DNA of 64,000 bases from Candidatus Bathyarchaeota archaeon (GTDB lineage Archaea > Thermoproteota > Bathyarchaeia > Bathyarchaeales > Bathycorpusculaceae), in assembly GCA_963782525.1 (NCBI GenBank), contig CAWAKC010000001.1, forward strand, positions 480,001 through 544,000, given 5' to 3'. The notes below the pieces were generated by a model that was given only the letters and a program-made list of their open reading frames with translations, was not told where the DNA came from and made no database searches. Position 1 is the stretch's first letter. Each line of letters starts with the position of its first letter. Made by a program: the position numbers and the translations under genes. Below are positions 57,137 through 64,000 of the stretch, piece by piece.

Positions 57137-57457
57137 TCAACCATTTTCGGAACCAAGCAATGGCTCAACATAATAAGCAGTAAAAATCCCATCACAAACC
57201 CCATAAATCCTTTCTAAATAACCAACTGCGTCCTCAAGCTCCAAAGCAGAAGGAATAATCGCCTTAAAATTGTCCAAACGCAAAATCTCCGAAAGCAACC
57301 CAACCTCTGTCTTCACAACCTTCAAACGCAGTGCATTAGATCCTGACTGGAAAACAGCGATTTCACCGGGCTTGGGGTTGCCTTTTCGGACATCGATTGT
57401 TTTTTGGCCGCTCATTAACCATTGGAATACTTCTTTTTTTGCAAGGAACCAGGGCAA
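57137..57457 (-). CDS. ASCH domain protein
   Basis: SGQKTIDVR motif. Confidence 0.75.
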   Translation of the reverse strand: MPWFLAKKEVFQWLMSGQKTIDVRKGNPKPGEIAVFQSGSNALRLKVVKTEVGLLSEILRLDNFKAIIPSALELEDAVGYLERIYGVCDGIFTAYYVEPLLGSENG

Positions 57458-57581
57458 TCAAATACCTAACCCAGATTGCCGTGGCTAGCAGATAAGTCTT
57501 CGGTCGAAAAACGAACATAGAATTATGATTTAAAATATGAAAAAATGAAAAATGGGTTGAAACGTAGTTTGCTGTTGTGAT

Positions 57582-57779
57582 TTACCCTTTGCCTTTCTCT
57601 TCTTTGCCGAAGTATTTGGTCCACTTCAGTTTGCGTGCGTCCCGTTTGAATGCTAAGCTGCTTTTCTTGCATTTGCTGGAATCGAACCATAGGATTGAGC
57701 CGTCATTTTTAACGAACATCATGCCTGTGCCAGCTGGGAAATCAGCACCACAGAACGAACATTTTCTCGGTTTTGGCAT
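57582..57779 (-). CDS. rpl24e: 50S ribosomal protein L24e
   Basis: CSFCG...GTG.MFV..DG...SSKC...RKLKWT. Confidence 0.96.
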   Translation of the reverse strand: MPKPRKCSFCGADFPAGTGMMFVKNDGSILWFDSSKCKKSSLAFKRDARKLKWTKYFGKEEKGKG

Positions 57780-57798
57780 GACAAATTCTCCAAGTTAT

Positions 57799-58017
57799 TT
57801 ATCTAGTAAGTTTCTTTGCTTCTCGCTCAGTTTCTCGCAGCATCAGAATGTCTTGTGCTCTCACTGGTCCTTTAACGTTGCGTGTGATGATTCTGCCTTT
57901 ATCTTTGCCTTCCATGATGCGGACGCGGACTTGTGTGATTTCGCCAGTTACGCCAGTGCGACCTATGACTTGAATGACTTCCGACGGAATAAGTTCTTCA
58001 GCTGCTTCTTTACTCAT
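57799..58017 (-). CDS. rps28e: 30S ribosomal protein S28e
   Basis: GRTGVTGE...RNVKGPVR...ETEREA. Confidence 0.97.
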   Translation of the reverse strand: MSKEAAEELIPSEVIQVIGRTGVTGEITQVRVRIMEGKDKGRIITRNVKGPVRAQDILMLRETEREAKKLTR

Positions 58018-58397
58018 TACTGAGTTCCTCGTTTAACCTGGTCAATCCGTGTGACGATTTCTTTGAGTAAGCCTGCTGCTTCTCCTTCTCTAATGATGCA
58101 GGCGGCTGCACATGGAACGTCGATGCCGATGGATTTACCGAGTTGTTCTTTGCTTGGTACAAACACGTATGGTATTTTTCTTTCGTCGCAGAGTAGGGGC
58201 AGATGTGCTATAACTTCTGGCGGATCAACATCTTCAGCTATTACTACAAGTTTTGCTTGTGATCGCTCAACAGCTTTTGTAGCTTCGTTTGTTCCTTTCC
58301 TAACTGATCCTGATTTTGAAGCAATCGTTAGGGCTTCATAGGCTGCATCTACGATTTCTTTTGGGACTTCATATTTTACATAGAATGGTTTTGACAT
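58017..58397 (-). CDS. rpl7ae: 50S ribosomal protein L7Ae
   Basis: [20 protein letters not shown]. Confidence 0.97.
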   Translation of the reverse strand: MSKPFYVKYEVPKEIVDAAYEALTIASKSGSVRKGTNEATKAVERSQAKLVVIAEDVDPPEVIAHLPLLCDERKIPYVFVPSKEQLGKSIGIDVPCAAACIIREGEAAGLLKEIVTRIDQVKRGTQ

Positions 58398-58552
58398 ATT
58401 AGCCTCACCCTTTTAAGGCACAGTCTTATCCACGCTTCTTATTTAATAATCTTTCGACTACAAAACCACATACTTGTTCTTTCGGCTCATAAACAACTTA
58501 GAAAAGTTTATATAAACTGTTACGTTTTCCTACATGTTTTTCGAGAGGGGAA

Positions 58553-58807
58553 TTGCGTTTGCAAAGATTGGGCAAGGTTTCAAATGTAACTCCATCGCGA
58601 AACATGGTGGTAAAAACAGAAAATCCCCCGAAAATTGGTTTTGAAGTTGTCGACGAAAACTTGAATGTTGTTGGCAGCGTTTTTGACATAGTAGGACCTG
58701 TCTCCACTCCCTATGCAATAGTTAAGTCAAGCATTAGGGAACCTGAGAAACTAGTGAATAAACCGGTGTACTTGCTTCTCTCGAAAACAAAACGGAGCAA
58801 AAGATAA
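58553..58807 (+). CDS. gar1: H/ACA RNP protein Gar1
   Basis: [10 protein letters not shown] motif; upstream of tfb. Confidence 0.85.
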   Translation: MRLQRLGKVSNVTPSRNMVVKTENPPKIGFEVVDENLNVVGSVFDIVGPVSTPYAIVKSSIREPEKLVNKPVYLLLSKTKRSKR

Positions 58808-59787
58808 TGAGTAGAGCTAGCAAGTTACATGAACAAACAAAGGTAAATCCAGACCAAGTTGCACCTCAAGCAGAACCCCAGAAAGCGCGGGTCTGTCCTG
58901 AATGCGGCAGTCTGCGACTTATGCATGATTCTGAAGCAGCCGAGATAGTTTGCATGGACTGTGGAATTGTCGTGCAGCAAAAACTTGCCGACCGTGGACC
59001 AGAATGGCGAGCTTTTGATGATGAGCAGAGGTCAAAGAGAACTCGTGTTGGGGCGCCTCTAACATACACCATTCATGATAAGGGATTATCGACAACGATC
59101 GACTGGCATGACCGAGACATCTATGGGAAAAGCCTCTCGCCAGGTCAGAAAGCACAAGTTTATCGCCTGCGGAAATGGCAACGCCGCATCAGAGTTTCAG
59201 ATGCAACCGAACGAAACTTAGCGTTTGCACTATCCGAAATCACAAAGATTTCTAACAACCTTAACCTTCCTAAGAACATTCTTGAAACGGCCTCAGTGAT
59301 TTACCGCAAAGCAGTAAAAGAAAAGCTTATTCGGGGCAGATCAATCCAAGGCGTCACTTCAGCAGCCATCTATTTAGCTTGCAGACAATGCGGTTTACCC
59401 AGAACCCTCGACGAAATCGCTCAATCGTCAGGAGTTAACAAAAAAGAAGTTGGGCGGAGCTATCGTTTCCTAATCCGAGAACTAAACTACTCCATCCCGC
59501 CATTACGACCAAGCCAGTACATAACAAAGTTTTCTAACCAACTCACGATGCAGGGAAAAGTAGAGGAAATCGCCCACAAAATCTTGGCTGCAGCAAAAGA
59601 ACTCAAACTCACCTCAGGCAGGGGACCAACAGGCATCGCTGCTGCAGCAAGCTACGTTGCATCTGTCTTAACGGGTGAACGCAAAACGCAAAGAGAAATC
59701 GCTGAGATTGCGCAGGTCACAGAGGTTACTATTCGGAACCGGTACAAGGAACTGGTTGAACGCTTAATGTTCCAAATAAGCATTTAA
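58807..59787 (+). CDS. tfb: Transcription initiation factor IIB
   Basis: CPECG zinc ribbon, GPEWRAF, two cyclin repeats, [12 protein letters not shown]. Confidence 0.97.
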   Translation: MSRASKLHEQTKVNPDQVAPQAEPQKARVCPECGSLRLMHDSEAAEIVCMDCGIVVQQKLADRGPEWRAFDDEQRSKRTRVGAPLTYTIHDKGLSTTIDWHDRDIYGKSLSPGQKAQVYRLRKWQRRIRVSDATERNLAFALSEITKISNNLNLPKNILETASVIYRKAVKEKLIRGRSIQGVTSAAIYLACRQCGLPRTLDEIAQSSGVNKKEVGRSYRFLIRELNYSIPPLRPSQYITKFSNQLTMQGKVEEIAHKILAAAKELKLTSGRGPTGIAAAASYVASVLTGERKTQREIAEIAQVTEVTIRNRYKELVERLMFQISI

Positions 59788-59817
59788 TCCCCACATTTTA
59801 TTTTTTAGGTTCTGTCA

Positions 59818-60108
59818 ATGACTTTTTTTGATTCAAAACTTTCTGATAAGCCAAAATTAGAAGATTCGATTGCTAAACTCGAAGAAACCCAAGTCGGCTT
59901 TAAGCAAAACCTTGCCAACCTCCACCGTATGATAGAACTGCTCGAGTCCAAGCCTGAGTTGCAGGACGACATCGAGATTTTAAAGAAGGATGTTGAGTCA
60001 AGAGCCAGCGACCTTGAATACGAAATTAAGCAGCTACAGGAAGACCTCAAGTCCATTCGGGAGCTTTTAGACATGAATCTGGATAATCATAATTCACGCA
60101 AAACTTAA
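59818..60108 (+). CDS. Hypothetical coiled-coil protein
   Basis: Heptad-rich 96-aa ORF. Confidence 0.65.
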   Translation: MTFFDSKLSDKPKLEDSIAKLEETQVGFKQNLANLHRMIELLESKPELQDDIEILKKDVESRASDLEYEIKQLQEDLKSIRELLDMNLDNHNSRKT

Positions 60109-60156
60109 TTAATAATAAGCAATTTTTTTAAGCATGCACGTTGCTAATGCTAAGTT

Positions 60157-60771
60157 ATGCCCTATAAATTCACCTTCGACCTCTCAAAGGTCCCACGGTT
60201 CTTCTTCACCGAAATCGCCATGATTAGTTACCAGAAGGGCATGCATAAAAGTTTCCTGACGACACTTAACGATTTGATTCTCAAATTTAAAATTCAAGAA
60301 GCAACCGGACTTAACCTCTCTGATGCTGTGGCTTTGCTTCAGGACCTGATTGATTTACAGGCAATCAACAGCACACAAAGAGGCAAGTTTTTGCAAACCA
60401 AGAAGAGAGCAATTTTCCTGCCTCATTGCTCAAGAAAATACATGGATAACCGCTGCAAAGCTATGTTCAATGCGGACATCCCAAGCTACTCGTGTTCACA
60501 TTGCTCGGAGGATTGCATGGTAAACAAGGCAGACGTATACGCGAGAAAAAAAGGCTATGACGTTTACTTATTGCCTGGTGGTTCCTGCATCCCCAAGATA
60601 CTCAAAAATAGGCATTATGAAGGAATCGTTGGGGTGGCATGCGGGGAAGAAATGAAAATCATGGGTCCGCTTCTCAACGGCATGAATGTATCGGGACAAG
60701 GCATACCGCTGATAAAGAACGGCTGCGCAAGCACCGTTTTCAACATGGAAACACTCAGAAAAGTGCTCTAA
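60157..60771 (+). CDS. DUF116 family protein
   Basis: FLPHC.R...C...CSHC...C, PGGS, GVAC..E, GC. Confidence 0.85.
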   Translation: MPYKFTFDLSKVPRFFFTEIAMISYQKGMHKSFLTTLNDLILKFKIQEATGLNLSDAVALLQDLIDLQAINSTQRGKFLQTKKRAIFLPHCSRKYMDNRCKAMFNADIPSYSCSHCSEDCMVNKADVYARKKGYDVYLLPGGSCIPKILKNRHYEGIVGVACGEEMKIMGPLLNGMNVSGQGIPLIKNGCASTVFNMETLRKVL

Positions 60772-60857
60772 TCACCAGTCGATTGCTCAATTGTGAGTTT
60801 AACAGTTAGCAAAGCTTAAATGCTAAACGATAACAAGAGAGAACTTGTCTGATATTC

Positions 60858-61058
60858 ATGCCAGATAACAAAGCTGCAGCCAAAAAAAAGAGAAAAATGG
60901 TCTACAGAACCGGCGAGAAATGTCCAGAATCGGGTCTTTGGGCGCATTTCTGCAATGAGAAAGGTGAAAAATCAAACATTCCCCTTTCAAAAAGTGAAAC
61001 TTTCCCACCGTGCAGAACTTGCGGTTCAGTTAAATGGACTCTTACGATGGCTGCTTAA
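60858..61058 (+). CDS. YjzC-like small zinc-ribbon protein
   Basis: TGEKCPESG.W...ETFPPC..C...W. Confidence 0.75.
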   Translation: MPDNKAAAKKKRKMVYRTGEKCPESGLWAHFCNEKGEKSNIPLSKSETFPPCRTCGSVKWTLTMAA

Positions 61059-61233
61059 GCAACGCAAGTCTATCTGAAATTTTGTGAAGCCATTTTTCGT
61101 TAAGCACAAGTTGGTAAAATCAAAAGAACCAATGCCCTTCAATTAAGCCTATTTATCTGAAAGGCGAAAGACGGAAAGACCACTCGAAAAGCAATTTATT
61201 CGTTACCAATAGAATAAAAGAAAAGTAAACAGG

Positions 61234-61395
61234 TTACTTTACTATTTCTCGTTTCTTCCAGCGCAGGTTCTTGCCCTTGCACTTTCTGCATTTTATCGCA
61301 GTTGCAGCGTTACGTGAGCCACAGTCTCTGCAGATCTTCATGTACAGGCGGTGTTCTTGCGCTATGGCTTTTTTTACTGGATCTAATATCGGCAT
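61234..61395 (-). CDS. rpl40e: 50S ribosomal protein L40e
   Basis: 53 aa, KICRDCGSRN....KCRKC....LRWK; below the ORF-track cutoff. Confidence 0.95.
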   Translation of the reverse strand: MPILDPVKKAIAQEHRLYMKICRDCGSRNAATAIKCRKCKGKNLRWKKREIVK

Positions 61396-61494
61396 TTTAT
61401 TGTAAACCTTCCGTTTTGGCTAACTCTTTGATAGTTAAGTATCAAATATACCTTTTGTCTGAACTTGTAAATATTGCATTCAACACGAATAAAC

Positions 61495-61962
61495 CTACTT
61501 GATAACTTCAATCGTAACGTAAGAACGGGTATCCTCTATGCCGTCAATGCTGTAGAGTTTTTTTAAGATTTCATCGAGGTTTTCCCGTTCAACAATTATT
61601 AATGCGTCAACCTCACCTGCAATTCGGAAAGCTCTGGAAACAGCCAGTTCATGGATCTGCTCGTAAACCTGGATACGTTTGATGGGTGAAACCTTTAGTA
61701 GGATAAATGCGGGAGTTGTGGACACCCCAAGGGCGCTTAAGCCTTTTTCAGTAACGTCAATGAAGCCTCTTCCTGTGCGGATGTACCCACGGTTTTTCAG
61801 TTTACGCAGATGAACGTTTAATGCTTGCCTACTTACGCCAATCTGGCTAGATAATTCGTCTTGCTTCACTCTGAGAGTGTATGTGTTTGTGGATTTGCCT
61901 TTCTCGTAGAGAGTTTTTAAGAGTTGTATTGAACGTTTAGTTAATGGCTCCAAATTGGTCAC
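61495..61962 (-). CDS. Lrp/AsnC family regulator
   Basis: QDELS..IGVSRQALNVHL HTH; C-terminal RAM domain AGEVD. Confidence 0.85.
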   Translation of the reverse strand: MTNLEPLTKRSIQLLKTLYEKGKSTNTYTLRVKQDELSSQIGVSRQALNVHLRKLKNRGYIRTGRGFIDVTEKGLSALGVSTTPAFILLKVSPIKRIQVYEQIHELAVSRAFRIAGEVDALIIVERENLDEILKKLYSIDGIEDTRSYVTIEVIK

Positions 61963-62289
61963 TTTTGTGTTGTTTTGTTAACTTAAACCTTTACAAATAG
62001 TTGCGTACTTCCTTAAGAAGCTGACTCTTAAAAACAGTAATTCGATTTCCGCCAAGAAGCAAAAAAGCCCAAATTTTTCAGTGCTGATTCATTTTCAAGG
62101 GTTCGTTTTCTCAGAGTATCTCTAAGGGGCATTCAGTATTTGTTTTCTCACCAGCCATCAATATGTTAAAAAAGCCTTAACTTTTACGAAAACGACCGAT
62201 TTCCCTTCCAGCAATAACACAAACTAAACACCACAACCTATTTATTTTGAAAAAAAGCTTAAGTCAAGCCACTTAAAAGTAAACTAGGA

Positions 62290-62592
62290 GTGAAGCGGAT
62301 CGTGACGGAAAACGGCAGCGCAGTCTTAATCGGCAAAAAACCAATAATGAACTATGTCCTTGCATGCATTACATTCTTTCACGGCGGAGCAAAAGAAGTC
62401 AGCATCAAAGCACGCGGTCGATCCATCAGCCGAGCAATCGATGTCGCCGAAGTTGTTAGACACAGATTCCTTCCAGACGCAAAAATAAAAAGCATAAGCA
62501 TCGGAACAGACAAGTTCCTACCACAAGATCAGGAAGATGGCGGCAACACGGCAACCAATGTGAGCACAATCGAAATAACGCTGACACGATAA
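62290..62592 (+). CDS. albA: DNA/RNA-binding protein Alba
   Basis: [31 protein letters not shown]. Confidence 0.95.
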   Translation: MKRIVTENGSAVLIGKKPIMNYVLACITFFHGGAKEVSIKARGRSISRAIDVAEVVRHRFLPDAKIKSISIGTDKFLPQDQEDGGNTATNVSTIEITLTR

Positions 62593-62639
62593 ATCACGCT
62601 TAAGCTAAACTCCTTCTTTGCAGGAAAAACGACACACAA

Positions 62640-63149
62640 ATGAAAACAGAACTATGCAGTTTCTGCTTAAAAAGCGGCATATTATGCCAAAAATGTTCAG
62701 CAAAAGTCAAAGCTGGTGAAATCAGCGACATAGATCTAAAAGTCGCTCGCATACTCCTCTCTATGGAAGAGAAGTATCCATCCCTGCAAAACGTCTGCTT
62801 CTACAAGGCTGTTGAGGTTGAAAAAACCTTGGCTATCCTCGTTGGACACGGAGATGTCCCTAAACTTTTGGGTTATGGCGGAAAAATCGTCAAAACCCTC
62901 GGTGATGAAACAGGCAAAAATGTACGCGTACTAGAACATGGTGTTGACGATCGCAAATTCCTCGAAGACCTCTTTGTACCCTTCAGCATCTTAACCATCA
63001 ACACCATCTGGCTTCCAGATGGAACAACTGAAACACGAGTAATCCTCAAGAGGAAACGTGGCGCACAACTACCCTTTGACCTTAAAGCATTAAAGGAAAT
63101 TGCCAGTAAAGTACGTAAAATGTCCTTACGCGTTGAAATCGCAGATTAA
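62640..63149 (+). CDS. NusA-like KH protein with an N-terminal zinc finger
   Basis: CSFC..SGILCQKC, LLGYGGK KH motif, WLPDG. Confidence 0.8.
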   Translation: MKTELCSFCLKSGILCQKCSAKVKAGEISDIDLKVARILLSMEEKYPSLQNVCFYKAVEVEKTLAILVGHGDVPKLLGYGGKIVKTLGDETGKNVRVLEHGVDDRKFLEDLFVPFSILTINTIWLPDGTTETRVILKRKRGAQLPFDLKALKEIASKVRKMSLRVEIAD

Positions 63150-63163
63150 GGTTGGCAACCAGC

Positions 63164-64000
63164 ATGAACTTGGACTCTATAGGCGACTGGAATAGAACTC
63201 ACTATACTAGTCAGGTTATACCTGAAAGTGATGGTCAAGAAGTTACACTTTTTGGTTGGGTCCAAGACAGCCGCGACCTTGGTGGAATCCGCTTCATCAT
63301 TCTGCAGGACTGTGAAGGAACAATCCAGTTAACGATCCCAAAAAAGAGAATTGCTCCTGAAGTTTTAGCTAAATCAGATCTTTTGCAAAAAAGGTTCAGC
63401 CTCGGCGTTAAGGGCAGCGTTAAAAAAACCAACATGACGTCCAGAGGCATCGAAGTTATTCCAAGCGCCATTAAAATCTTCAACATCGCAACCGAACAAT
63501 TACCCATCGACATAACAGGCAAAACTCCAGCCCTAATTGAATCACGCTTGGATTCACGACCACTCGACCTAACTCAGGAACACAGCTTAGCCACTTTCAA
63601 AGTTCAACACACAGCGCTTGAGGCAATCCGCAGCTTCCTATTCGAGAAGAAATTTTTGGAGGTTCACACCCCAAGAATCATTGCATCGGCAACTGAAGGC
63701 GGCGCTGAACTCTTCAGTGTTGACTACTTCGGTCAAAAAGCCTACCTTGCACAGAGCCCACAACTCTACAAAGAAGAATTAACCCTCAGTTTTGAGAAGG
63801 TGTTCGAAGTTGGACCTTTCTTCCGAGCAGAAGAATCACATACAAGAAGACACCTAAGCGAATTCACGTCTGTAGACATTGAAGCGGCTTTTGCAAACGC
63901 CAACGACGTTATGGCGCTTCTTGAACAAGTCATCCACCACGCATGCACTGTTGTTAAGGAAAAATGCGCCAAGGAACTCTCGCTGCTCAAATACAACTTT
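63164..64000 (+). CDS. aspS: Aspartyl-tRNA synthetase (partial, runs off the window)
   Basis: RTHY, GWV..RDLGG OB fold, ATEGGA, LAQSPQLYK, FRAEES.T.RH..EF..D. Confidence 0.95.
   Translation, partial: MNLDSIGDWNRTHYTSQVIPESDGQEVTLFGWVQDSRDLGGIRFIILQDCEGTIQLTIPKKRIAPEVLAKSDLLQKRFSLGVKGSVKKTNMTSRGIEVIPSAIKIFNIATEQLPIDITGKTPALIESRLDSRPLDLTQEHSLATFKVQHTALEAIRSFLFEKKFLEVHTPRIIASATEGGAELFSVDYFGQKAYLAQSPQLYKEELTLSFEKVFEVGPFFRAEESHTRRHLSEFTSVDIEAAFANANDVMALLEQVIHHACTVVKEKCAKELSLLKYNF

Noticed and set aside
58398-58440. Autoregulatory kink-turn in the rpl7ae 5' UTR
   Set aside because: A small hairpin is possible, but I cannot place the tandem G-A pairs a K-turn needs.
62100-62165. Two minus-strand CTGA motifs suggesting a C/D sRNA
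   Set aside because: No convincing C or C' box and no terminal stem.
239-63996. Many ORF-track entries antisense to or nested within clear genes
   Set aside because: Shadow ORFs of well-supported genes, with no motifs or RBS.

Overview
Gene-dense archaeal chromosome segment, inferred to come from a Bathyarchaeia-like TACK archaeon (TFB, TFE, Alba, NAC, aMBF1, aTrm56, L7Ae/S28e/L24e/L40e, initiator tRNA-Met, a PQQ-like beta-propeller surface protein and membrane-anchored wHTH regulators). It contains an mbf1-hflX-trm56-tfe cluster, a his operon (hisG-D-C-B-H-A-F-I), a DAP-aminotransferase lysine operon, a ~12 kb redox/oxidative-stress cluster (36.3-48.3 kb) and a small decayed accessory patch (27.9-30.4 kb). 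No CRISPR array, rRNA or intact mobile element was seen. The main observations are: a full-length Ribophorin I/Ost1-like protein; an hflX whose conserved N-terminal strand lies upstream of any canonical start and overlaps mbf1 in the -1 frame; an orphan PriS-like primase inside the redox cluster; a C/D box sRNA; a structured his leader; a copA deletion scar; an orphan gcvH-flavoreductase pair; and several microproteins missed by the ORF track. All product calls come from reading motifs by eye, not from database searches.
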